Below, one piece after another: positions 1 through 13,098 of a stretch of 64,000 bases of DNA. The DNA is taken from contig OZ024756.1 in NCBI GenBank assembly GCA_964016885.1, positions 24,800,001 through 24,864,000 on the forward strand, written 5' to 3'. A program made the translations under genes and the position numbers. A model generated the notes under the pieces. That model searched no databases, was not told the DNA's origin, and was given only the letters and a program-made list of their open reading frames with translations. The number at the start of each line of letters is the position of its first letter. Position 1 is the first letter of the stretch. This stretch comes from Eledone cirrhosa (taxonomy: Eukaryota).

Positions 1-236
1 AAGGCGTCCTCAATATGGAGGAGGCAATAACAAGATATAAAAGTATAAAAATAAAATAAAATATAACAAAATAAATTTTATAACAAAATCCTCAATAGGG
101 AGGAGGCGCCTTGGGGGCTCGCACACACCCCCGAAAAAAAGTGTGCAACCCTTCTCCTCATAGATATACATATATACACCACACATCTTCATTGTTTCAT
201 TTGTACCACTTTTTACTTTGTTTTTCATTTCTCTAG

Positions 237-493
237 ATAACCAACCCCAACAACATTATTCGCCATAATGCAGTGGCAGGTGGGAGCCATATTGGATATT
301 GGTATCGAATGCTGATCCACCCGGAAGGACCGTCTTTCACAAACTATATTTGTCCTCGCAATGTACCTCTGAGTGTATTCATAAATAACACTGTCCATTC
401 TGTAGGAGGTTTTGGCCTTTGGACTTTCCCTAATTATACTCCTAGACGTGGGGGTGGTTGTAATTCCTGGCTATATGAAACAGCTGTTTTTAG
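237..493 (+). CDS. PKHD1L1: Fibrocystin-L-like exon A (first in window; gene starts upstream), PbH1 beta-helix region
   Basis: ctctag acceptor; ITNPNNIIRHNAVAGGSHIGYWYRM...ICPRNVPLSVFINNTVHSVGGFGLW is typical of the PKHD1L1/TMEM2-type beta-helix; AG|gtaagt donor, phase 2. Confidence 0.92.
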
Positions 494-503
494 GTAAGTC
501 AAG

Positions 504-591
<88 letters not shown>

Positions 592-1665
592 CAACATTTG
601 TCACCTACCATCTTATAGGATGTACTGGGTGCATTTCTCTAGCACCAACACTAGAGATAATAATAATGAAAATATTGTGTACAGTGCTCAGGTGCATTAC
701 AACTCATCAAAAGTGTATGTATAGTACATAGGGTAATGTACAAACGTCAGGAAAATGAACAGTCATGAGTCATGATATACACATGTGTGCATGTGTATGG
801 AAGGAGATGGTATTGGTTATTGTCCCTATTGAAGAGCCTTTTCAGAACTGTAGAGGTGGGAGTGAGAAAAAGAAGATAAGTATGATGGACGTAGGGCAAG
901 TATGGTGGGATTTGTCTTGGGGATGGGTGAGAGGAAAGATGTGACCCCCAATAACTTGGGGTGGGGGTAGTCACTGGTGTGACAAAACTTTTAAGAGGGA
1001 TATAATTATGGTAAGAGTAGTTACTATGAGGTGATAGTGAAAGAAGTGTGAATGGGGTGGGCAATAGTTTAGGAGGTGGATGAGGGGCACTTGCCAGAGT
1101 CCGGATTTGGGGCGAGGGGGGGGGCAGTAACAGTGGGAATAATGGCTAAGGTGTGATAATGGAGGGGGGTGTAGATGAAGTGGTGGTAGTCAGGAATGGA
1201 GAGATAGAAACTAAGGAATTTAGAAGAGAGTATAGTGATGGTGAAAATAGCCAAGGAATGATAATGGGTGCGGGGAGATGATTTGGGTTGGGGTGTACAG
1301 TGATCGTAAGGATAGCTACTAAGGAGTGGTTGTGGGGAGAGGGAGACATGGGGTTGAGTCAGGTAATATTTTATACTAATAGGTGGGTCTTCTCCAGTAC
1401 AGCATGTTACCAATTCTCACAGTGCTTTGTCATCTCTGTTGTGAAGTTCAACTTCTTAAGGTTGGTCTTCATTCCCTCATCCCCATCTTTAAGGGTCTGT
1501 CTATCTCCCTCAAGTCCCAATAAAAGAAGACCATCTATTTATCTATGTATCTGTCTATTTATCTATCTATCTACCCATCTCCCTCTCTCTCGCTCTCTCT
1601 CTCTCTATATATATATATATATTAATTCAAAATATTAATAAATATAGACATTCAACGTAATCAAA

Positions 1666-1737
1666 ATATATTTTATTATATATATTTCGGAGGTACTGTG
1701 GTGTTTTTTCAGTACGTCCTCATCAGATAAAATATAT
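1666..1737 (-). ncRNA. Minimal type I hammerhead ribozyme motif
   Basis: Minus strand: ATATATTTTAT-CTGATGA-GGAcGTACTG...CAGTACcTCC-GAAA-TATATA-TA-ATAAAATATAT. Confidence 0.85.
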
Positions 1738-1793
1738 AAATTGATGTATGATATACCTCAACTGTGCTGATGGTTCAATTCCAGTTTTGGCAG

Positions 1794-1847
<54 letters not shown>

Positions 1848-1945
1848 GAACAAGTATGACCCCGACAGCAGAGCTCAAGCCGTTTCGACGGTATTGAGTA
1901 TTTTGGTGCATTATGGTCCAACTGGTTCCTTACCACAATTCCTTC

Positions 1946-2075
<130 letters not shown>

Positions 2076-2116
2076 TATATATATATATGTGTGTGTGTTA
2101 TGTTATGTTATTTCAG

Positions 2117-2522
2117 GGGTTTAACAGCCTGGCATTGCGACAAAGGAGCCGAAACTGTCAATTCTGGGACCATTCAGATGGAAGATTTTGTTATGGTCAA
2201 CAATGAGGTGGCAGGAATTGAAGTGAAAAAGATGATCCACGGACCCAAATTTACTGACGATGCCATCATGGTAAAGAACTCCCTAGTTGTGGCCAGCAGC
2301 TCTGTCTTACAGAGTAAACCAACCAAGGATGGAATCGTGTTACCATTTGGCAATGGTATGCAGGTTCTAAACGTAACATTTGCAAATTTTGTTAATAAAT
2401 CCAGTGCCTTCACACTGGCCAACATTCAAGGTTCGTGTTCCAAACTATGTGGAGGGTTTCTCCATCAAACAGGAGGACTTACTTTTATCAACTCCCCCAA
2501 TAAAGTATACTTCCATTGGCAG
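2117..2522 (+). CDS. PKHD1L1: Fibrocystin-L-like exon B
   Basis: tttcag acceptor, phase 2 matches exon A; [17 protein letters not shown]...CSKLCGGF...VYFHWQ; gtaacg donor. Confidence 0.9.
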
Positions 2523-2671
2523 GTAACGCATACTTATACTTATTACACCGTCACATACACTCACGTACACCTACACCCCTGCTCACATATTTATACATGC
2601 ATACATACATACATACATACATACATACATACATACATACATACATACATACATACATACATACATACATA

Positions 2672-3059
2672 CATGGCGGCTGCCAACTCGTTTTCGAGTA
2701 CTGTCACTACTTTATATCCATGTAGGAGAACCACTACCGATGCGCTGAACGCGTGTGACTTTTTAGTCCAGCCAGCGACTTGAAAACTCTGGTACAAACA
2801 CTACACTTGTGACAATTATTGACACATAGTGCTGGGCCCATGGTACCATGTGACGACAAGTGCAGAGAGATCTCCAGATATAAAGCAATGCCTGTGCCAT
2901 GAAGCTTTTATAGTGAGCAAAGGCACTGCACAAAGCCAGTCCCACTCTCTTAACCAAGATGATATTTATCAAAAAGAAGAACAAGTCAACATCATTGGCT
3001 ACCATAAGGGTTGCAGGTGTTATATCAGAGTTTTCCTTCTCCTAGAATTCTGCCTTGAC
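2672..3059 (-). mobile_element. Interspersed non-autonomous retroelement, RTE-related (copy 1)
   Basis: Near-identical to 8930-9345 and 18340-18745; AGGAGAAGGAAAACTCTGA motif near one end, (ATGT)n tail at the other. Confidence 0.65.
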
Positions 3060-4054
3060 ATACATACATACATACATGCATACATGCATGTATGTATGTA
3101 TGTATGTATGTATGGAGAAGGCAACTCAGGAAACTGTGGCTCAGTACACAGTCTTTCCTCACGTTAAAAAGATCTTCACGCACAGGCATTGGACGATAGC
3201 ATTAATTGATAATTATCAATAATGTTATATCGTGCAATTGCCATACTCAATAACAGGGGTGCAGCCATCATCATACATGCATGTATGATGATGGCGGCTC
3301 CCTCATTATTGAGTATGGCCATTGCACGATATAACATTATTAATAACTAGCAGAATAACTACCCTCGGATGGTTTTCTGTTAGCATGTATAGTGTGCATA
3401 TTGATATTATACGCAAGTATATATGCAAGGAGATATGATACATTAAATAAAATCGTAATATACATAGACATTGAACGAAGACTGCGTTTCACTGTCTTAT
3501 GTAATCAGTAATGTAATCCATGATACATTAAAAAATACAATATTATATATAAACTGCATTAGGAGAAAATTAGTGACGGAAAATTAATATGTTTATTTAA
3601 GTGATCACTAACCGGAAGTGTTGAAAATTTTAAAGAAGTGAATCTTAAAATAAGCCACAAAATTATTTATATTTAATCAAGAATAACGAAATTTAGTAGA
3701 TAAATTATGTAATATTCATTCATTATTTATTCAAAGTAATAAAAAGGGCGGTGGATTGGCAGTATCGGTAGAGGGTCGGATGCCATGCTTTGATGCAAAG
3801 AGTTACGTCCCTTTACGATCTGAGTTCAAATCCCGCCAAGGTTAACTTTGTCTTTCATCCTTATGGGGTTGATAAAATAAAGTACCAGTAATGTACTGGG
3901 TAATTGCTGGCCTTGTGCCAAAAGTAGAAACAATTATTTATTCAAAGTAATCCAACTTATTTTACAAACGGGATAAAAAATATGTTCTGGATGCAGTCCT
4001 GCACTCCTTACTTTATTATAGTTTAGATTATCAGTTAATCATGCAATGTCTGTT

Positions 4055-5172
4055 ACACCACATCACACCACACTACACCATACTAGACTACACTGCAGCA
4101 CACTACACTACACGACACCACATTACACTACACCACACCACATTACACCACATCACACCGCACTACACCATACTAGACTACACTGCAGCACACTATACTT
4201 CACTACACCATATTACACCACATTACACTACACCACATCACACCACATCACACCACACTACACCATACTAGACTACACTGCAGCACACTACACTTCACTA
4301 CACCACATTACACCACATTACACTACACCACATCACACTACATCACACCACACTACACCATACTAGACTACACTGCAGCACACTATACTTCACTACACCA
4401 CATTTCACCACATTACACCACATTACACCATACTAGACTACACCACACCACATTACACTACACTACACCACACCACATTAGACCACTCCACATTACACCA
4501 CACTACACTATACCACACCACATTACACCACATCACACCACACTACACCATACTAGACTACACCACACTACACTTCACTACACCACACCACATCACACTA
4601 CACCACACCACACCATACTAGACTACACGGCAGCATACCACACTACACCACATCACATTACACCACATTACACTACACTACACTACACCACACCACATTA
4701 CACCACATTACACAACACCACATTACGCCACACCACACCACATTACACTACACCACACTACACTACACCACACTACATTACACCACATTACACAACACTA
4801 CACCACACTACACCACACCACACTACACTACACCACACTACATTACACCACACCACACCACACTACACTACACTACACCACATCACATTACACCACATTA
4901 CACAACACTACACCACACTACACCACACCACACTACACCACACCACACCACACTACACCACACTACACCACACCACACTACACTACACCACACTACATTA
5001 CACCACATTACACAACACTACACCACACTACACCACACCACACTACACTACACCACACTACATTACACCACACCACACCACACTACACTACACTACACCA
5101 CACCACACCACATTACACCACACTACACCACACCACACTACACTACACCACACTACATTACACCACACCACA
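4055..5172. repeat. Pentanucleotide satellite (CACCA/CACTA/CATTA)n with higher-order units
   Basis: Direct inspection. Confidence 0.95.
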
Positions 5173-5245
5173 GCCATATTTCAATATAAAATATTCTCTC
5201 AACTCTCAATCTCTCTAACTTTTTCCTTCTCGTTTTCCTTCACAG

Positions 5246-5422
5246 AATGAAATGATATTAAAGGACCTTGATGGAACATTAACGGGAACCCCTAATGGCC
5301 ACCTTTTACCTAAAATTGATCTTTGGCCTCCAACATGTAAACATATGCCTACTATAGGCATTGGCTTTCCTGCAAGTGTATGTCCCCCTGGGGTCAGATT
5401 TCACAGATTTGCCTTCAATAAG
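5246..5422 (+). CDS. PKHD1L1: Fibrocystin-L-like exon C
   Basis: cacag acceptor; NEMILKDLDGTLTG...VRFHRFAFNK; gtaata donor, phase 0. Confidence 0.9.
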
Positions 5423-5444
5423 GTAATACACACATCATTCTCTT

Positions 5445-6142
5445 CAATAGATATACACATCATATATACACATCATATATAGACATGATATATAGACATT
5501 TTATATACACATGATATATAGACATTTTATATAGACATTATATATACACATTTTATACACACATCATATATATACATTTTATATACACATCATATATAGA
5601 CATGATATATAGACATTTTATATAGATATGATATATATACGTTTTATATAGACATGATATATAGACATTTTATATAGACATGATATATAGACATTTTATA
5701 TAGACATTTTATATAGACATTTTATATAGACATTTTATATAGACATTTTATATAGACATGTTATATAGACATGTTATATACACATTTTATATAGACATTT
5801 TATATAGACATGTTATATAAACATTTTATGGACGTTAAACGATGATGATGATGATGATGATGATTTTATATAGACATGTTATATAGATATGATATATAGA
5901 CATTTTATATACAGATATTTTATATGGACATGTTATAAAGACATTTTATATAGACATGTTATATAGACATTTTATATAGACATTTTATATAGACATGATA
6001 TATAGACATTTTATATAGACATTTTATATAGACATTTTATATAGACATCATATATAGACATTTTATGGATGTTAAACGATGATGATTTTATATAGCCATG
6101 TTATAAAGACATGCTATATAGGCATTTTATATAGACATCATA
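5445..6142. repeat. 13/15-bp satellite (ATATAGACATTTT / ATATAGACATGATAT)n
   Basis: Direct inspection. Confidence 0.9.
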
Positions 6143-6580
6143 GCTGTCTGATAAGGTTGAACAGGAAAAGCAGAAAAACATAAAGAAGAAATAAAACTTA
6201 CTTTTGTTGTTTCAATTCATTGATATACTCAGGCTGAAATTTGGTGTTGATCTCTACCCTAAATACTGAAGTGTTAACTAACACATACACTCATTAATTT
6301 TGGCAGTATCGGTAGAGGGTCGGACGCCATGCTTTGACGCATAGTTACGGCCCTTGTCATTCTGAGTTCAAATCCCGCCAAGGTTAACTTTGCCTTTCAT
6401 CCTTACGGGGTCGATAAAATAAAGTACCAGTAATACACTGGGTAATTGCTGGCTTTGTGCCTAAAGTAGAAACAATTAACTTTGTCTTGCATCCTTGCGG
6501 GGTCGATAAAATAAAGTACCAGTAATGTACTGGGTAATTGCTCGCCTTGTGCCAAAAGTAGAAACAATTAATTAATTATA

Positions 6581-6624
<44 letters not shown>

Positions 6625-6821
6625 CGCGTGTATGTATGTGTGTGTGTGTGTATGTGTGTGTATATATATATGTATATATATATATGTATGTATATATATA
6701 TATGTATGTATGTAATAATAATAAATTTGAAGACTAAAATCCAAAGAGGGCTCGATAAGGATAAATATATATCAAATATATAAGAACCGTAGAGCAAATA
6801 TTTATTAAAATAACAGATTAA

Positions 6822-6872
6822 AGTTTAAGCAAAGAATCGCTGCTTTCGCCCTTAACGGGATCTTCTGAAACT
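6822..6872 (-). ncRNA. Degenerate hammerhead motif (core CAGAAGA) in a fold-back element (6720-6865 inverted against 7335-7475; other pieces near 39660 and 52755)
   Basis: AGTTT-CAGAAGA-tCCC gttaa GGGc-GAAA-GCA...TGC-TT-AAACT. Confidence 0.5.
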
Positions 6873-7099
6873 AACAAAGTCAAACTGTAAACGCAAAAGT
6901 GAATATTTCAAAAAACGTTGCAACCGGAGGAAGACAGGAAGACGATACTTTGGTTCGTGGAAACGTCATTAATAGGAGCGGTGAAAAACAATTACGCCCA
7001 AAGACAGGACCACGTTTATGGTATAAAAGAAGTCGTAGACTAATGTTCTCTTAGGTGGTTCATAGAGACGTTCTCTGGCAAAGAACGGAAAAATATATA

Positions 7100-7314
<215 letters not shown>

Positions 7315-7464
7315 TTGCTCTTTAATGGGATCTTAAGATCCCGTTAAGGGTGAAAGCAGCGATTCTTTGCTTAAACTTTAATCTGTTATTTTAATAAATA
7401 TCTGCTCTACGGTTCTTATATATTTTATCCTTATCGAGCCCTCTTTGGATTTTAGTCTTCAAAT

Positions 7465-7515
<51 letters not shown>

Positions 7516-7526
7516 TATCTATTTAG

Positions 7527-7730
7527 ATATACCCTGAGAACATGAAGTATCGAGACCTGTTGGTGTCCAATAAATACGGCAACATCACAACATCCTACAA
7601 ATTCAAAGCCGCCACACACCCTGAGGGCTGGATGTTTCTATTGGTCGATGGAAAGGAGCACAAGATTTCATTCCTTGGAGCTGATCACGTAACTAATATT
7701 AGTTACACTGGAACTTTCTATGGATTTGAC
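7527..7730 (+). CDS. PKHD1L1: Fibrocystin-L-like exon D
   Basis: atttag acceptor; IYPENMKYRDLLVSNKYG...THPEGWMFLL...TNISYTGTFYGFD; gtaagt donor. Confidence 0.88.
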
Positions 7731-7817
7731 GTAAGTATTGAATTTTGGTTTTTATCATATTTGCTCTTCATTCTTGAAATCCATCTTTTTACATATCTCT
7801 TCTTTCTCACCCTACCG

Positions 7818-7859
<42 letters not shown>

Positions 7860-7909
7860 ATTCCACTCTCTCTCTCTCTCTTTCTCCCTTTCTCTCTCCC
7901 TCTCCCTCC

Positions 7910-7942
<33 letters not shown>

Positions 7943-8039
7943 TCTCTCCCTTCTCTTCTCCTTCTCACAGTGTGTGTATATCTTTGTGTATGTATGTGTA
8001 TATATCTAATCTCCTGACCACAATGTTCTAGGCCGGAGA

Positions 8040-8086
<47 letters not shown>

Positions 8087-8104
8087 TATGAAAAGATTCC
8101 GGAT

Positions 8105-8196
8105 CCCAACAGCTGAACTCCGGCCATTTCGACAGCTAGATCCGAACTAAGCCCCTAGTATAAGAACTGTTGGAATCTAGCTGAACTAATTAAGGG
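8105..8196 (-). ncRNA. Decayed hammerhead motif (core eroded to TTAATTA)
   Basis: CCCC-ttaatta-GtTCAGCTAGATTC...GGATCTAGCTGtC-GAAA-TGGC...GCTG-TT-GGG; related to the half motifs at ~20190, 38133, 54755, 57555. Confidence 0.4.
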
Positions 8197-8353
8197 GTAC
8201 AGTCTATATATGGACATGCAGTCAAAGCAAAAAAGCAAAAAAAAATCCAAGCAAAAAAAAGATCATAAAAATTTGTTGTTTTCTTTTTTTTTCTCTCTGC
8301 GTCCATGTGTGCATGCGTGTGTGTGTCTAATCTCATGTTCCCCAATATTCCAG

Positions 8354-8519
8354 GCCGGAGACCATGTATTAATCACCCAAGACAGGGACACGGCACCTGA
8401 CCGTTTCGCTATGAACAATATCAGCTTTATTCCAAGATCACTTGCCATGCCAACCTACAATGACAGCAGCAATGGTGATTGGTTCTTCAATACAACAGCC
8501 AAAACTGTGACCTACATGA
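8354..8519 (+). CDS. PKHD1L1: Fibrocystin-L-like exon E
   Basis: ttccag acceptor; AGDHVLITQ...PDRF...[16 protein letters not shown]; gtaagt donor, phase 1. Confidence 0.9.
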
Positions 8520-8604
8520 GTAAGTTATCTCACACTTTTCTCTCTCTCTCTCTATGTATATATATATATATATATACATGTATATGTATATATACATGTA
8601 TATG

Positions 8605-8681
<77 letters not shown>

Positions 8682-8929
8682 TAGTTTTGCGAGGTTTTTG
8701 ATATGAAATCGTGTCAATCCACCGCCCTAAGACAGTGTTGGAGCGAGACAGAAGTGGAGAGAGGAGTAATGGTAGTGACTCTATGCATCAAAAGGACATA
8801 TGGGTACTCCTTCATTACGTTTATTGGTCGCTAACGAGTGTTTCGCTACAGTAACTCCGCGTTACACTTCCTGGATATATATATACATATATACATATAT
8901 ATATACACACATACATACATACATACATA

Positions 8930-9345
8930 CATGGTGGCTGCCAACTCGTTTTCGAGTACGGCCACTACTTTATATCCATGTAGAAGAACCCTTACCGATG
9001 CGCTGAACGAGTGTGACTTTTTAGTCCAGCCAGCGACTTGAAAACTCTGGTACAAACACTACACTTGTGACAATTATTGACACATAGTGCTGGGCCCATG
9101 GTACCATGTGACGACAAGTGCAGAGAGATCTCCAGATATAAAGCAATGCCTGTGCCGTGAAGCTTTTATAGTGAGCAAAGGCACTGCACAAAGCCAGTCC
9201 CACTCTCTTAACCAAGATGATATTTACCAAAAAGAAGAACAAGTCAACATCATTGGATACCATCAGGGTTGCAGGTGTTATATCAGAGTTTTCCTTCTCC
9301 TAGAATTCTGCCTTGACAAAGGCTAAAGCGTCATCTCTCCCGGTG
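8930..9345 (-). mobile_element. Same RTE-related element (copy 2)
   Basis: Sequence identity with 2672-3059. Confidence 0.65.
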
Positions 9346-9912
9346 ATTTTGGATAGCCATTGACTCTTAATAGTGTGCTGGCGGGGACTCCAATCGAATT
9401 CTTTACTCTATATCCCATCCTAATATCTTATCGAATTAAAAAATTTGTTCATATAAGACTCTCTCCATAAGTTCATTAAATAAATAAATCTCACTACCTC
9501 TTTTTTCAATTTACCATTTTGCAATTAAATATTTTTAATTCAATTTAATTTCATCCTATAACTCGCAACATAAGTTTAACGTTCCAATCTTCGGTTCACA
9601 CATTAGACCATACAGACACTCATTATAGATTCTTTGGGTAGCATTTTTTTCGCGGCATTTTCTAACATGAATGTAGTTTGACCCTTACACTACACTTCTT
9701 TCTCCCTTTCTTTCTTTCTTTCTTCCCCTTCTTCTTTGACGGAGTGGTGGTAGCGCATTATAAGCCTTTGCCCCCTCACCAGATATTCATTGGTAGTTTT
9801 CAGTTGCCAACACTTTGAGGGCGGCTGGCTGAGAAGCTAGTTGGTCAGCCATCCTCTCTGTCTCTGATTTTTCGGACCCATGGCTTTTTACATATTCCTT
9901 TGTTATATTCCA

Positions 9913-9970
9913 ATACCTGATGATATCACTGGATTCATATGGAACCCGGTCATTGAAATGATCATAGTAT
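9913..9970 (+). ncRNA. Minimal type I hammerhead ribozyme motif
   Basis: ATAC-CTGATGA-tATcACTGGaTTC atatg GAAcCCGGTcATt-GAAA-TGATCA-TA-GTAT. Confidence 0.85.
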
Positions 9971-10340
9971 AATAAACCTTTCAAGGATTTACACAAGTCC
10001 AGCCTCCTGTTATTTCATTTATATATATATATATATGGAGGAGGTTATAGTTCACTTGAAGCATTGTGTAATGAGGTATAAACGTTAGAATATGTGTAAT
10101 AAGGCCAAGACAATGCAGATATGGACATAGAAAAAAGAATGCAATAGTGAGAGATATTGATGTGAATTCGTCTTTCACCTTGAATTTATTTAAATGTCCT
10201 AAATAAATTCAAGGTGAAAGACGAATTCACATCAATATCTCTCACTATTGCATTCTTTTTTCTATGTCCATATCTGCATTGTCTTGGCCTTATTACACAT
10301 ATTCTAACGTTTATATATATATATATATATACACACACAC

Positions 10341-10373
<33 letters not shown>

Positions 10374-10374
10374 C

Positions 10375-10408
<34 letters not shown>

Positions 10409-10434
10409 ACACATATATATATGTATATATATAT

Positions 10435-10465
<31 letters not shown>

Positions 10466-10475
10466 TACACAGATC

Positions 10476-10586
10476 AGTATTCTGATGATTTGGTCGGGTA
10501 TCAACTGTAATTAAAGTCGAGTGACGTGACTTCTAACGATCGGCGACTTTTAGACACACCAGACTAATGAAACAATTGTTAATACT
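10476..10586 (+). ncRNA. Type I hammerhead motif with long helix II
   Basis: AGTATT-CTGATGA-tTTGGTC...GACTAAt-GAAA-CAATTG-TT-AATACT. Confidence 0.85.
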
Positions 10587-10667
10587 TTAAATAAACCCTA
10601 TTGTACAGTTGACCACGTTATTTTCACTCTTTTACTATCTTTTACTATATATATATATTTCTCTCTC

Positions 10668-10712
<45 letters not shown>

Positions 10713-10729
10713 CATTGTTCTCTTTCAAG

Positions 10730-11008
10730 TTTCTGATCGTGTTCGAATGAAACAAATGAAAAAAAGAACGAAAAGATCGATAGCGTCCGCTCGAGACATC
10801 ACCGTGAATTTCAAAGCTTACCGATGTTTTTTCTTGAACTGTGCCCCGCCGAAAGGTTCCAAGACGCAGCCCCCCGAAACCAAAAGACCAAAAAAGATAT
10901 TCTACATGTGGTCATCCCAGGAAACATGGAAGAAAGTCGCTGAAATCCTTAACTTATCTGTTCAAACCAAACTCCCTGGAGAGAACGAGAACGTCACAAT
11001 ACCAGCAG
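10730..11008 (+). CDS. PKHD1L1: Fibrocystin-L-like exon F (RTKR site, start of G8 domain)
   Basis: ttcaag acceptor, phase 1; KKRTKRS...AYRCFFLNC...WSSQETW...LPGENENVTIPAG; gtcaaa donor. Confidence 0.87.
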
Positions 11009-11173
11009 GTCAAAATACCACTTCTCTTTCACTATATATACGTCAATACTTATCTTTTTCCATTTCTTAGAGGGTTCTAAACCCCACTATCAGGCTAAAA
11101 TTTCTTTAGTCAAAACTACGGTGAAAGGCTTCTATTTCTAATTTCAAACTTGCTCGCTGTTTCAAAAACATAC

Positions 11174-11220
<47 letters not shown>

Positions 11221-11629
11221 ATCATCATCCTCATCATCACCGTTTTACGTCCGTTCTTCCACGCTAGCATGGGTTAGACGGGTTGTGCTGTTGTGGGCAG
11301 TGTCCAGTCGGCTGATCTTGTCTTGCTCATACGGGAACTGATTCTGGCTTGATTTCTACAGCTGGATGCCCTTCCAAACACCAACCTCATTTACAGTGAG
11401 TGCTGGGTGCTTTTTTACCGTGGCGCCTACGCGTCCACTTTACAGTGTTGGATGGGTGCTTTTTTTCTGTGGCACCTCCACGACCACTTTGCAGTGGAAT
11501 GATAGGGACCCCAGTCTTATCATCTCATTTCTACAGCTGAGTAAAATGGAGCAATGTGAAATAAAGTGTCTTGCTCAAGGAAACAACACATCACCCGGTC
11601 CAAGAATTGAACTCACAACCTTTCGATTG

Positions 11630-11699
<70 letters not shown>

Positions 11700-11869
11700 G
11701 ATAACAAATTATCGTTATAGGTAATCTTTCACTATATATATATAGGTAATCTTTCACAATATATATATATATATATATTTATATACGTTATTCCGGGTTG
11801 AATCGGAGGTAACCACAGTAAGTAAGGTACTCAATACATAGCAGAGTATAAAAGTTTTAATATAGATGA

Positions 11870-11918
11870 GATTCTACAGGACTAGAACTGTTTCATTCAT
11901 TAGAAATCATCAGGAATC
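11870..11918 (-). ncRNA. Type I hammerhead motif in a fold-back (11852-11979)
   Basis: GATTC-CTGATGA-tTTC taat GAAt-GAAA-CAG ttctagtc CTG-TA-GAATC; followed by a 5'-truncated inverted copy. Confidence 0.82.
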
Positions 11919-12254
11919 CCTGATTTCTAATGAATGAAACAGTTCTAGTCCTGTAGAATCTCATCTATATTAAAACTTATATATATTTATATATATATGA
12001 AAATGTATGTTTTCTCATTTCATGTGTATAAGTGTGTAGAGTATATATTATGTTTGTACATATGCATATATGTGTGTTGACTTCTGTGGAATTTGAACTC
12101 AGAGCGGCAGAGAGATCCGGATCAAATACTGCAAAGCATTTTTAATCCGATGTTCTGAAGTCTTTGCCAATTTGCTATCTTCCTACAGATCCATACATAG
12201 ATAAATATATACAGATGTTTATGTATTGGTTTTGCAGGATTCTTAATGTGAAAT

Positions 12255-12327
<73 letters not shown>

Positions 12328-12551
12328 AAATAATGAATAAAACAATGAAACAGTTCCTTATATTAAACAAAAAAAGTTCATTATTTAACGATCGTTTCTA
12401 GGACATATATGTGTTAGAATTGGCATGCATATTCAACAGATCAATGTACAAAATTATACAAAATTATGCATCTCTTCTTTCCATGATATCCGGATTACAT
12501 TGAGTTCTTCATACGGATTGGACACTACCGTAAACTCTTGGTAGATTTATC

Positions 12552-12600
<49 letters not shown>

Positions 12601-12668
12601 AAAAAGAGATGAAATCGAAAATGCAACTGGAGTCTTATTTAAAAAAAAATATATATATTTATTTGGTT

Positions 12669-12706
12669 CCTTTACCGGTTTCGCAGTTCTTCTGCTTTTC
12701 AAAAGG
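12669..12706 (-). ncRNA. Hammerhead motif, U3:A8 variant (left arm of fold-back)
   Basis: Reverse complement of 12750-12787. Confidence 0.7.
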
Positions 12707-12749
12707 TGAGTTGAGATGAGAAAAACCACAGACCCTCCATCTCAACTCA

Positions 12750-12787
12750 CCTTTTGAAAAGCAGAAGAACTGCGAAACCGGTAAAGG
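12750..12787 (+). ncRNA. Hammerhead motif, U3:A8 variant
   Basis: CCTT-TTGAAAA-GCAG aagaa CTGC-GAAA-CCGG-TA-AAGG. Confidence 0.72.
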
Positions 12788-13098
12788 AACCAAATAAATA
12801 TATATGTTTAAAAAAAAAAATGTGAAATCATGTGTTGAAACCTATATTGTTATATTTGGTAATGGCCATGTTGTCAGTATTGCCAATAAAATACACACAA
12901 TATGATTTATGCCTTTTCACTTTATCTTTATTATTAATTATTTGTTTAGTTTGTCAAAGTTCTTTCATCACACATCCTGTGATCTCCTCAATGACTATTT
13001 GTATTCCAAAATATAACAATATATATGTAAAGTTATGTTGGTGCCACACCATCCAGGCCGAAACAAATGAGATGGTGTAGGTGTCACGACAAAAAAAC

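Noticed and set aside
12380-12447. Minus-strand CTGTTGA...GAAA-CGATCG-TT
   Set aside because: Core mismatch and no convincing helix II; at most a decayed motif, not counted
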